Source: Plasmodiophora brassicae
Lineage: Eukaryota
Direction of reading: 5' to 3'
Assembly: GCA_036867785.1 (NCBI GenBank)
Contig: CP145426.1
Span: forward strand, 62,001-126,000
DNA: 64,000 bases
Positions 48,998 through 60,800 of this stretch are shown one piece after another; position 1 is the first letter of the stretch, and every line of letters starts with the position of its first letter. Below the pieces are notes generated by a model that saw only the letters and a list, made by a program, of their open reading frames with translations, was not told the origin of the DNA and searched no databases. Both the position numbers and the translations under genes were made by a program.

Positions 48998-50678
48998 TCA
49001 GGCGGCATCGAGGTTGTCCGGTTTGAAGAAGTTGAACCCGTCGTACGCGGTCGTCGCGATAAGGGACGGGATCTGGGGGTGGAATCGCAGATCCTGTCGA
49101 TTGTGTCAGAGGCGATGCCCCGTCAGCGAACGCGAGAACGGTGCCGACCTTAATCTGGGTCTGACCCCGGTGCACGAAGATCAGCTGTGGAGGGATGTCG
49201 ACGCCGCCGAGATCGGCGCCACCAGCACCCGGTCGCAAGGCCATCTCCTCCCGGTCCAGCTCGACCGACATGTCCCAGATCGTGCAACTGTCGTCTTCCG
49301 ACGTGACGCCCAGGACGGAATCCTGCGTCGGGTGCCACTGGATCGCCGTGATCGGCTTGTCGTGCCACTGGAAGAACCCGGCGGCACGTCCCGACTTGAA
49401 GGCGCGCAGGTCCCAGACCTTGAACGACCCGTCGTCGCTGCCCGACGCCATCAGGTGCGGCACCGTCCCGTTCCACGAGATCACATTGACGTCGCCGGCG
49501 TGCGCATCGTTGACCGCCAGCATCGACTTCTGCTGCGTCCTCGTGTCCCATATCCGAATGCTACATTGTCAAGCGTCTGTCAGACGGACTGGCGACGTCC
49601 CAGGCAACCGAACGTACCTTCTGTCGACGGAACAGGACGCGAAGACGCCCTGCTCGGACGGGGACCACTGAATGTCCTCCACCGACCTGGCGTGGCCTTT
49701 GTACGCCGAGGACGACACGTTCCAGGTGGATTCATGCGGTTCCCAGACGTGAATGCCTCGGTTGCAGTCGCCGGTCGCCAACCGCCCTGCGACGACAGGC
49801 GACCAGTCCACAGCGAACCCTTCCGCCGAGTGGCCGGCGAACGTGAACATGGGCTTCAGGTCGAAGACGGCGTTGGGCGACGATCGCTCCAGGGCGGCAA
49901 CGTGGTGTTTCGCGTCCCAGATGTGAACGCGGCCCGTGTCCGCCCACGTTGCCAGCACGGCCGGCACGTGCGGGCACGAACGCAGACGGTTGACGCTACC
50001 TGGGTGCGCGAATTCCCGATCGACAATGACGGGCTGGTCGCCAACCTTTCCGTCGGCTTCGTCGCCGTCGTCGTCGTCTGACTCATCATCCGAGTCGTCG
50101 TCATGCTTGGTGGTGCACAGGTTGGAGACACGCCACAGGCAGACCTTGTTGTCGGACGCGTTCGCGGCCTGCGTCCCCGAGGCGATCGTCAGCGTGTGCG
50201 GCGGGCGAACGCGAACGGCGCCCAGCGTGTCGCGAATGTGGTCGAACGTCAAGCATGGCCATTCCACCCGTAGTGAATGGTAGACCGTGTAGGCCGTGCT
50301 GTCGAACTCCAGAACCTCGCCTTCCTTAAGCGACCCGTGGACGCGCGGATTCCAAACCGTTCTCATCCCGTCCCCGTTCTCATCATCGTCGTCCTCCTCC
50401 ATTGCACAGTCTACAGCGACAACCTCCTCGTCGACAACAGGTTCGACATCGTCCTCGTCATCCTGGAACTCAACGTCCTCCGTCGTCACCACTTTGTCTT
50501 CCTGCATGGCGCTCTCATCAGGGACGGGCGGGCGCTCCCGGTCCGGGCCGCACACGGCTTTCGAATTCAACCCATCGAGGAACTCCTGGGCGCACTGTGC
50601 TGCCTGGGTCGATGACGAACCCCCAGAATTGCGATTCCGTTTCGCCTTACCGCGGCGGCCGACAACCTTTCGACCCAT
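48998..50678 (-). CDS. GRWD1: Ribosome assembly WD40 protein GRWD1/RRB1
   Basis: LEFDSTAYTVYHSLRVEWPCLTFD; SGTQA; EGFAVDWSP; SVEDIQWSPSE; IPPQLIFVHRGQ. Confidence 0.93.
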
Positions 50679-50708
50679 GTCGTCGATGGTCTGAGGGATC
50701 TTCCTGCA

Positions 50709-50726
50709 ACTCCGTCACGGACTCCG
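50709..50726 (-). promoter_or_regulatory. Copy of shared 18-bp upstream motif (GRWD1)
   Basis: actccgtcacggactccg, 31 nt from the ATG at 50678. Confidence 0.55.
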
Positions 50727-50838
50727 CAAAGTCCGGAACCATCGAATGATACATGTGCCCTACCTTCAGGTGCTACCGTCCCGACAACGAAACACGTCGG
50801 CGTTTAAGCAATTTGTAATAACAGTCTATGCTCTGCGA

Positions 50839-52039
50839 CTATGCGATTCGGCAGATGGTCAGGTGGGGATGTGCGCGGGCCAGGGCGCGCTCCGCGGGCT
50901 TGCTGATGTGGCTGCACAGTCGGATGTCCAGGACGCCCAGGTGCTTCAGGGGCAGGTCGCACGCGTACAGCATGGTCTGATCGGTGACGTTCCTGCAGCC
51001 GCAGACGAGGAGCTCCTCTAAACGTGTGCATCTCCGCAGCAGGTCTCGCATGCTGAAATCGGTAACCTGCATGCAACCTTGAACGTCCAGGTACCTCAGG
51101 TTCGGACAGTTCTCCGCTAAGGCCATGACGGCGTAATCCGTCAGGCCTTCACAGTTCCCGGCGCGCAGCGCTTTCAGGCCCCGAAGTCGGTTCGCGAACG
51201 GGACCAGGCTGGCGTCCGTAATCCTGGAGCATCCTTGGATGAAAAGCGATCGCAGGAGCGGTAGGCCGTACGCGATTTCGTTCATGGCCACATCGGACAC
51301 GTCGTAGCAATTGGTGAAATCCAGGTGCCGAAGCTCGTGGCACGTCAGCGCCACATTCACGATGCCTTCGTCACTGATGTCGCTGTTGCCCACCGACAGG
51401 TACCGAATCGTGCTGCTGGCAACGTTGCTGATCGCCAACATCCGCACCCTGGAGGTCTCGTTAGTGGACGCACTGACGCGACTCACACACTCGCCAGGCG
51501 TACGTTAGGTCGGTGACTAGCGGGCAGTTCTGGATGCTGACGACGCGGACAGGGCAGGACCGAATGATCTGCCCCATGGCGATGTCGTCGACGGTGCCGC
51601 TGTCGTTCAGGCTGAGGTATTCGAGGTTGCGCAGGCGGCCAATCGTGCCGAGCGCGACCGTCGTAAGGCCCGGGCAGTTGTTCAGCTCCAGATGGCGTAT
51701 CTGTCGGCACCGTTTCGTGATCGTCGCGAACCCGTTCTCCATGGTGCCCGTGCAACCGTTAAGAATCAGACGGCGAAGCATCGTGCAACGCTGGCCGATC
51801 ACGTTCAGGCCGGAGTCAGTGATGGCGCATCGGGTCAGGTCGAGGGCGACGATGCCGGGCAGGTACTGGGTCAGCCCGTACAGACCCACCTCGGTGATAC
51901 GCGACATGTCGCCGTGGACGACGTCGGCATCGCGGCGCCCTCTCTGTACGCTTTCGATCAACTTCGAATCGGTCCAATGCGGTACGCCATCGGGCAACTC
52001 GATGGGCACCGCATGCGTTCGTCTCTTCCCCTCGTGCAT
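50839..52039 (-). CDS. Cysteine-containing LRR protein (FBXL/AMN1-like); no clear F-box
   Basis: Repeated LxxLxLxxCxxITD motifs (LRHLDFTNCYDVSD, LRSLFIQGCSRITD, LRYLDVQGCMQVTD); one intron near 51450-51505. Confidence 0.85.
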
Positions 52040-52165
52040 GATTGCATTCGCCCAAGATATTTCGGGGCTGAATATCTCACGCGGAAGGAACGGCGCGAGA
52101 TTGCAGGTGGTAAAAACGTTTATAGGGACATTGCCAGTGATGGCACGTGTGCCACAGCCGGGTGT

Positions 52166-52777
52166 CTATTTGTGTTTCTTCTTCTGGACCTTCTTCATGT
52201 AGAACTCCAGCTCCTTGCCTTCGAGGATGTACCCGTCGCAGCGACCGCACTGGCCGGGCCGGGATGCAATGCACGCGTAGAGACGGCCGCTGACGAACTG
52301 CTCCTCGACCTTCGGGTCGATAACGTGCTTCTCCAGGCGCTTCTTGTGCTTCTTGTCGACGGTAGCGCTGACCGGCGTGATCTCGTCGGATCCCTTCTCG
52401 TGCTTCTTCAGGCCCAGGTCGACGCCGTAGTGCTGCGTGTACCATTGGCGGAACGGGGTCGCATCGATGACGACGATGGCGCCCTTCACCAGCGTCTTGG
52501 TTCGCACCAACTCGTTGGACGTGGCGTTGTACACAACGTCAATGATACGCGTGCGGCGCGTGGTCACTTCGGACCCCCAGGAGAAGTTGCCCGTCTCCAG
52601 GCGGAGGGCACGGAACTTCAGGTTGCCACCACGGCAGCGAACGACATGGATTCGCTTCTCGCCGATCTTGGTGTTGGCGGCCGGGCGCCCGAGCTCGTAC
52701 TTCTTCTTCTTCTGGTGGATCTTGCGTCGGCCACCGGTGGCGCGGCGCTTGTGGCGCGAATCACGAGAGATACCCAT
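52166..52777 (-). CDS. RPS8: 40S ribosomal protein S8 (eS8), intronless
   Basis: [16 protein letters not shown]...[22 protein letters not shown]...[19 protein letters not shown]. Confidence 0.98.
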   Translation of the reverse strand: MGISRDSRHKRRATGGRRKIHQKKKKYELGRPAANTKIGEKRIHVVRCRGGNLKFRALRLETGNFSWGSEVTTRRTRIIDVVYNATSNELVRTKTLVKGAIVVIDATPFRQWYTQHYGVDLGLKKHEKGSDEITPVSATVDKKHKKRLEKHVIDPKVEEQFVSGRLYACIASRPGQCGRCDGYILEGKELEFYMKKVQKKKHK

Positions 52778-52807
52778 GCCAACGTGTAGATCTGAACCGC
52801 TGGACGA

Positions 52808-52825
52808 ACTCCTTCACGGACTCCG
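52808..52825 (-). promoter_or_regulatory. Copy of shared 18-bp upstream motif (RPS8; divergent RPS8/GPI8 promoter)
   Basis: actccttcacggactccg, 31 nt from the ATG at 52777. Confidence 0.55.
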
Positions 52826-53064
52826 TGGCACACTCCGCACGGACAATATATGACGTGCGCCCTAATACGACTCCCTTCCAGGCGACCCGCCCTGCAGGAC
52901 GCCACCTTTCTGATCCTCGTCGTTGTCGTCGGTTTCCACGTACGACACCGCGGCTTGCAAGTTCGGCCAGCTGCCGTGTATAGGTCCATGGCCCGTGCAA
53001 ATCGATGGCCCACTGGGCGGCGGGTCGGCAGCAGCGATGCTCATTTGGGATTTTTTGTTCGTCA

Positions 53065-54465
53065 ATGACGGGTCAGCGGAGCGCGTTGCGGCCGCTGACC
53101 GTCGTGGTCATGGCCATCGCGGCGGCCGCATCGCACTCGAACAATTGGGCCGTGCTGGTACGCATGTCATGGCGAACTGTTGGGGCTGCGATTCACGGGC
53201 CGGCGGCGCAGGTGGATACGTCGCGGTATTGGTTCAACTACAGGCACATCGCCGACACATTGAGCTTCTATCACACCGTGAAGGCGGCTGGAATACCGGA
53301 TTCGCAGATCATACTGATGCTGGCGGACGACATGGCGTGCAATCCCAGGAACGCGTTCCCGGCGCAGATGTTCAACAACCGGGAGCATGATATCGATCTA
53401 TACGGCGATGTACGGCGTCATGGGTTGTGATTGTGTGTCGATCGGTACCAACGGCACTGTGTGTGCTCCCAGGATATTGAGGTGGACTATCGCGGCACCG
53501 ACGTCACTGTTGAGAATTTCATCCGCGTCCTCACCAATCGACATAGCAAGGGGACGGCCAAATCCCGACGTCTGCTCACAGTACGCGCTGAAGTTCTCTT
53601 TCTGCCTCTACGCTTAAACTAATCGTCAGGGCGTAGGATGAATCCAGTAACATTCTCATATTCATGGCTGGTCATGGCGGAGACGAATTCCTCAAGTACG
53701 ACCTGAATGCTATGTTGCTTCGTGTCCTGACGAGCGCGCGTAGGTTCCAGGATCAAGAAGAGATAACGAGCCAGGACCTAGCGGATGCGTTCGAGCAAAT
53801 GGCTATTCAGCGGCGCTTCAACGAGATCTTGTTCATCATCGACACCTGCCAGGCGAGCACGATGCACAACCGTTTCAAGACGCGGAACGTCATGTCGATT
53901 GGGAGCAGTGCGAAGTCGGAGAACTCGTATTCGCACCACAGCGATGCGAACCTCGGTGTCAGCGTTATTGACCGGTTCACGTTCTATGCGCTGGAGTTTC
54001 TCGAGAAACATCTCTCACAAAGCGCGCGATTGTCCAAGACCCGTTCGCCGTCACTGCAGGACTTCGTACGCCTCCCGCATTGCTGTCGTCCTCGCAACGT
54101 GCTCGCTGACACCTGTGTCGTCGTAGTTCGACCACTTCACGTACAGCAAGTTGCATTCGCACCACGAATACCGCGTCGACCTGTTCGACCGACCGGCATC
54201 ATCCATTGACATCACTGACTTCTTCTCGGCGGTGACGCATGTGGAACCAACGCCATATACGTATCCGGTCACTCCCAAGCCGGCTGGCTCGACTAAATTG
54301 CCGTCGTCCGAGGGATCGTCTGCATCCGAGGCCAGCTACTCGTTCGAGGACCGCACTGCTCCCCGATCGTCCTTGTCCTCCGTCGCCATTGTATCTGTAC
54401 TCGTCATCTGCTTCGCGCTCTCGGCAGGCCTCGATGCTATGCTGTTCCAACCATTCAAGTATTAA
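53065..54465 (+). CDS. GPI8: GPI-anchor transamidase catalytic subunit (peptidase C13)
   Basis: [44 protein letters not shown]-terminal TM helix. Confidence 0.95.
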
Positions 54466-54566
54466 TTTATTAAAGTATTGTAGAACCGCTGAACTGCCCG
54501 ACAGACGCAGTTGCAGTTCACTGCGTTAGCAGTGAGGGAGACGTCGTCGTCAATCCCACGTTACAC

Positions 54567-54640
54567 CCACGGCGGCCACGCGCCAGTGGGCCACTGCGTT
54601 TTCGGACCCGTCGGGCGCCCCCCCCCCCCCCCCGCCGTGG
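54567..54640. mobile_element. 74-bp MITE-like remnant
   Basis: Terminal inverted repeat ccacggcgg/ccgccgtgg; flanks cgttacac (54559-54566) and cgttacag (54641-54648); internal C16 run. Confidence 0.45.
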
Positions 54641-55482
54641 CGTTACAGATGCAGTTGCCAGGCGGATACCCCGTCCCCATGTCTCACCGGGCGTGGACGG
54701 GTGTCCACTGTCGGGAGCTGCAGTTGGGTATCCGCCTTGGTCCCGGGGTCGACGTCGTCGTCGTCGTCGCCAGCGCCGATGCTGCCGCCTGTGTGCCTGC
54801 CTCGGCTGGCGTCAGTCGGTGTCGCCGACCCCGGTTCAGTCGCGGCCCCGCCTCCTGTTCCTGGTGCCCGCGACATCGGCGCTGGGTCTGTGCTGCCGTG
54901 CTTGCCGGGTCGCGTCTGCTGACCACCATCATGTCGCTCCGTTACAGGCCCATCCACTGCCATCGTCAGCCCAAGAACGCTCATCATCATCAGGTCCTGC
55001 GCCAGAGGGCCCGTCCTCGTCAACCTCGCCTGCACCAGCGAGCCCGTCCACGCCGGCGCCCTCATCTGCATCGTTGCTAGCGGCGTCCTCTTCGCCGACG
55101 TCGCCATTGCCGCCGCCTGGCGCGCTGCCCGCTATCGTCGTTCGGGATGCCCAGGCTGGCTGTATTGTGGCGCCCGATCTCACTACGTGTCTCTGCAGAC
55201 CTGCAGCCTGTCGTCGGCAACCGCCCAAACCGAGTCGTCCGCGTCACTGGCGACTCTGTCGGCGGTGCCATCGCCGAGCCCGTCAGCGCCTGTGCTTCCC
55301 TCGTCTGCGTCGCTCATGACCACCACCACGCCGTTCGACAGCGTCTCCGCGTCCGCTGATCACTTCGTCGCCGTCACGTCCCGTGATCACCGTACGCCTG
55401 GGTTGGCCAGTACCGCCGGTGCGCGTTCGTGCTGACCGATTCCTTGCCGCGCCAGGGTAACGCGTTGACACTACACCGGTTG

Positions 55483-56432
55483 TTCGTGAGCGCGCCCAAG
55501 CATAATGGGCGGGGTGTCACGGTGCTGTTCGAATACGTCGCCAGGTACGCCACGGAGCACGACACCTCGTTCGCCACGCCTGCCCCGCCTGCGCGAGCTG
55601 ATCACGCAGGGGGGCAGGACGCAGGAAGAGCTGATCACGCCGACGTGCGCGGCCAACCTCGCCGAGTACATGCTCGTCATGTGCCGTCGATTAAGGCCGA
55701 CCCGACGGCCAATCGCGTGCTCGTGCGGTGCTGTCCCGCGACCTCTTCGGGGACGGAAAGTTCGCATCGCTCGAGCGCGGCGACGCAATGACCAAGATCA
55801 CGAACAGGATCCGGGCGGCCCTGACGGCACGTGCCCACCGCCGACCGCGTTCCGTCGCTGATGGCATCTGTGATCAGCTAACGCACCGGACCGGAACCCA
55901 TCACCCTGGCAGGACCCTACCACAAGCCCGCACAGTCCCTAGATCGGCCTGGCACGCATAATACTGCCAGAGGCAGATCACAGATCGATCTAGGGCCTGT
56001 GCGGGCTTGTGGCCAGGGTGATGGGTTCCGGTGCGTTAGCTGATCACATGTGGCATCGGCGGCGGCACGCGGTCGACGTCTACGATTCCGCACGAGCCGT
56101 CAGGACCGCCCGGATCCTGTTTGTGATCTTGGTCATCGCGTCGCCGCGCTCGAGCGATGCGACGTTCTCGCCACGGAAGAAGTCGCGGGACAGCACCGCA
56201 CGAGCCCCATGCGGGTACGCGATGGCCGTCGGGTCGGCCTTAATCGACGGCACATGGACGAGCATGTATTCGGCGAGGTTGGCCGCGCACGTCGGCGTGA
56301 TCAGCTCTTCCTGCGTCCTGCCCCCCTGCATGGTCAGCACCCGCGGGCGTGGCGAACGAGATGGCGTGCTCCATGGCGTACCTGGCGACGCATTCGAACA
56401 GCAACCAGCTCGTTATACTTGCCCGCGCTCAC
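55483..56432. repeat. Long imperfect inverted repeat (foldback), arms ~55483-55946 and ~55985-56432
   Basis: cacaagcccgcacagtccctagatcg pairs with cgatctagggcctgtgcgggcttgtg. Both arms encode QGGRTQEELITPTCAANLAEYMLV on opposite strands. Confidence 0.9.
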
Positions 56433-57867
56433 TCACATCTGGTATCGGCGGCCGTGGGCACGAGCAATATGCAGAGAGGACACGTCGTCGTCCCTCGCTC
56501 TGAATGCCGTCGTCGCGTGACCTTGGTACTTCCGTACCCGCATCGGCGACCTCGCATCCGTCCACATGGGCGGAATTCGGCTCGATCCTTTCGCCCGTGG
56601 CATTGCCGTTGATATCTACCGGCCCAAGGTAACCGCCGCAGGACCCGACGTGCCCTGAGCAAGCCTGTACCCTCTCTTGTAGACGAACGTCACGCGGGAG
56701 CACAGGTCGGTATTCGATCTGACCGCAGGCTTGACGTGGTGCTGGCGACGGCTCCAGTGCGCCGTCAACGGGTCGACCAGCGACGCGCTCGTGGACTCCC
56801 AGAAGCCGGGCCATTCGGGCACCAAGCGCCGGAAGTGCACGACAGACTACCAGAGTTCGCGCCGGACGATATATACGCCATCTCCTAGAAGCTGAAGCAC
56901 GCACGACAGCGAGCCGCCGCCTCCGCTTACCACCCGTACGTCGAATACAGTTGTGGACTTGCGGTGCGTTGACGCCACATCATGGCAACGTAGGAGGACG
57001 GAGGCTCAGGCCTGCGGCGACTTCCCGGTCGTCAGCCCGTTGCTGTTGTTGCCGGTCGCACATCACAAGGGGTGACCGAGAACGTCCAAGACCGTCCAGG
57101 CGAGCGCGCTACAGCGCCCAACCGAGCGACTGGTGGTCGGACGTCCGCATTTCGTCGAACGTCGATTCGCATGCCGATTGCGAACGTCTGACCGTTCCCG
57201 TGTCCACTTCGACCGACCGCCATGAGCGACACGACAGCACTACGGTACGAAAGGTACCGGCGCTGTTTACTGTTTCCGCTTGGCTTGCGGGCGTCGGCGG
57301 GTCGCCTTGTGACGGCGTCGTGTTGTGGACTGGTCGGATCAGGGTGCGGGACGTGACTGTGGCATGCATTCGTATCGTTACGGGGCACAACAGAAGTCGC
57401 TATGTGACAGGACGTCGCAGCGACGCGAGGAACGGGACGCGAAGCGAATCGAGCGTTACGTGACGAAGCGTAGTTGACGCGTGGTCCGTGCCCTGTCCGC
57501 GGCGGGTACAATACAGTCCGCGGGCCGTTGCCAAGTCGCACTTTTCGGGTGGTGCGCCCGTCGGTCAGTTCACGGTTTAATGATCACAGACGCTACGGAC
57601 ACCGTACGGACACCGTGAACAGGCGGCATGGAGCATAAAATGGAGCGTGCAGCCCCGCGATTTGGCATCCGGAGGACCGGGGCGCAAGCCGCAACTCCGC
57701 GCACTTCCGGATCGGAGCCCAATCTGCGCAAACTCCTCGCAATTCCATCAAACGAGACTGCGCCGGGGCGCAAGCCGCGGCCTGCGCCACAACCAAACAG
57801 ACCGTTTAACACGTGGGTGTACGGCTGACATTAGAACGACCAGGCAGTTTTAACGACGTTCGCGCTC

Positions 57868-60800
57868 ATGTCGATCGGCAGCCACACTCGATTCAACACC
57901 AGGTGGCTCTGTGTAGCCACTGTTGCTCTTCTTAGCGGTCTTGGTGGGGCAGCGCCGTCGCAAGTCACGTTGATTTCCAAGGATGGCGTCGGAATTCGCG
58001 CTGTCGCAAAAGCGATTGAATTGCATTCCAGGACGTTGAAGGACCTTCTGGCAGCACGCAATGATCAGTCCTCGGCCATCTACTTGGATACGATTGAGAG
58101 CCCTGTGTTGAAGGCGGTCGTGAAGTTCAGCAAGGAATACGGGATCGACGAGGTAAGCTATTACGTTCAGGTGATCATGCACCTTCGGAACGTACGCTGA
58201 TCATGATAATTATACGGCTATAGGACCCGGCGATGGCCGAATGGGCGCGAAAGGAGCTTAGGTTGGTGGGCGAAGGTGGATATTACCACTGGGCCGAAAA
58301 TGGATTCAGCGCGGATACATCCGCGAGGCCTTGTATCGCCACTGTATTCCAAGGTTCGATACATTGGTGATATATCTGCCAAACATATTGCCAGTGTATC
58401 TGATTGCATTCATTGCCAATACAGCATATCGCAGAGTCCGGATGGTCTTTAACATGCTTTAGTAGCACATGTCCACATTGTTTATAGTCAGTAGCTGGTT
58501 GACACCAACGCGAGGGGAATAGCGTTTGCTCTCAAGAGAAGGCATACAAAAGGAACAGCTGAGGCGGCCTCGCTATCGTTGACGACGTCGTCGCCGACTC
58601 GCGCGCTGTCAGATGACTAGGCACTAGGCCGAGCAACGTTACAACGGACAGCATGCACGATGGGGAACATCGGGCTATCCTGCAGGCGATGCGTAGCAAC
58701 ACGGTCCTTGTCTAGAGTGACGTCGCAGGAATGGGGGGCGGCAATCGGACACGAGATCATGTCCCAACCATCTGCTCAATCATAGCAAATGGTGAATCAA
58801 GGAGTCAACCAGGTGGCGCCGTGCTTTACCGCTGCAGTGGAATAATTCAAGCGTTAGCGATTGTATCGCTAAACGCGGCGGCGCCAGCGGCATCTCGATG
58901 CGAAGTACTTCGTTGATTGCTCCTAAGTGCACGTCCCCGTCTGTATCAGCGAATGCCGCAACGTAATCGTTGTCGGTTGTCGAATGACGGCCATGTCGCG
59001 CCTGCCACATTACATGTCCTGGACGATGCATGCGTTAGTAACTATAGGTGGGTGCAATATAAAGAGCAATCGTACCGAACTTCACACTTTGGAAGGTTGT
59101 GGCATTTGATGGAAGTAGACAGCAGCCGTAACTATCATGACAGAACTCGTCAAAGACGTCGATAGCGCCTGTCACTTCGTCATAGTTACCGACTCGCGCG
59201 ACCGTCGTTTCAGCGAACCTACTGCATGCCTCCAGGTAGTGCAGAGCCCATGGATGTTCCTTGAACGCTTGCCAGTCCTTGTGTGACAAGGCTGATGGAT
59301 CCAGCATCGAATGTCCAGTGATAAGATGAAGGGTTTCGCCTGATGTTCGGGGAATTCCAACGACATAATGTTCGCCGCCACATCCATGCCAGAATATCGC
59401 ATTTGCCCAAACACGAGAGGATTCCCATGATTGCAGGAGTATTCCGAACTACGGCCACACCTGAGGAGAGTAACGGCTATCAACAGACATATCGCCAAAG
59501 GGACCAATTAGATGCATGCGTTGATTACCTCAGCCTCACCGCAGCTGACGTTATCTGGTAATTTGCGGAAATGTTCCTTGGCTGCCCCCTTGTCGATCCA
59601 TCATTCTATAGGGAAAGTCCAGACAACGCCGCGAACTGGACCGAAGTACTTGACACTATATATCGGGAACGTGGACTTAAAGGAAGGCACCTACAGTGAC
59701 GCTCCCATAAGTTGTCTGCCTGAGAGCAGAGTCCAGTCGATCAACTTACTGATATTGTAAAACGAAACGGGCGGCAGCATCTCGAGCTTTGTCAGACAGC
59801 GGCGAAACTGCAACGCTATCTGAGGAGCACCTGCCGTCCTCGTCGGTGCTTTCCAGCGGGGTTCAGCCGTCGTCTTCATCATTACGAAGTAGGGCCGCGC
59901 TTCCAGAGTGTCGCTGTATACCGCCAACGGGGCGCCCTTGCGGGTTGTCGTCAAGTGACGGTGCTTCCCTGACATCACTGTCATAGGGTGGGGACAACCC
60001 TCCGCGGTTGAGATGCAGCGGCACCTGGTTACCATCCCCGGATGGTAACGAATCCCGGCGCGAGGGAACTCGTGGATCCCATGGTGAGCGCGACGAATTC
60101 GTTGGCGGCCACAGAAGACTGGAATCGGACGCGGTCGCGCGGTGGCGGACGTTGCGTTTGGGGGGTGACATCGATACGCGGTGCCTCGTAGTGCCACGTC
60201 GCATAGGCTCGACCTGCACCGGGAAGCACTGTACTGTCACGAGACTAAACCCATCGATCTCCGCCCCATCGGGGCGCGCAGACGCCGGCACGTGAGTCAC
60301 CCAGGCAACCACATCGTACCGTCACGGCCATGGGTTGCGCCGGAAAATGGTGTCTTTAAACATCGAAAACATTGCCATGTCGTGCGCGTGCTGCGGTATA
60401 TTGAGGTTCGCCCTAATATTGAGTGGATCACGGACTCCGACAACATCCGCGAGGGCGGAGGGGGCCGCGGAGGCGCGTTATTTGAAAGGACTACCGTACG
60501 ACGTCGATGGCGCCCGCATCTTCTCGCCGGCAGGCGGACGTTCGCGAAGTCGCGTTCGAGCCGCGCCAGACGGGGATCCGCCTTCGCCAATCGCGTCCCT
60601 GGAAGACGAAGACGAGCAGTCTCGTCGTGACGGCCTGGCTGCGTCTCCTCCGAATCAACTGCCTTTTCACCACCCGTGTCCGATCGGGAAGAAAGGTTGC
60701 ATCGACGACACACGATCGCACTATCATACGTCTGAATGGTCTTCCGTTAGCAGTGAGGGAAAAACATGGGAATGGCGGCAGCGGCAGTGCAAAGACTGGA

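Noticed and set aside
54524-54539. 16-nt identity cgttagcagtgaggga with 60745-60760
   Set aside because: About one 16-mer match is expected by chance in 64 kb, and it does not extend.
54650-55480. Ser/Pro-rich (+) or acidic (-) low-complexity ORF pieces
   Set aside because: Probably decayed coding DNA, but strand and product cannot be assigned from the sequence.
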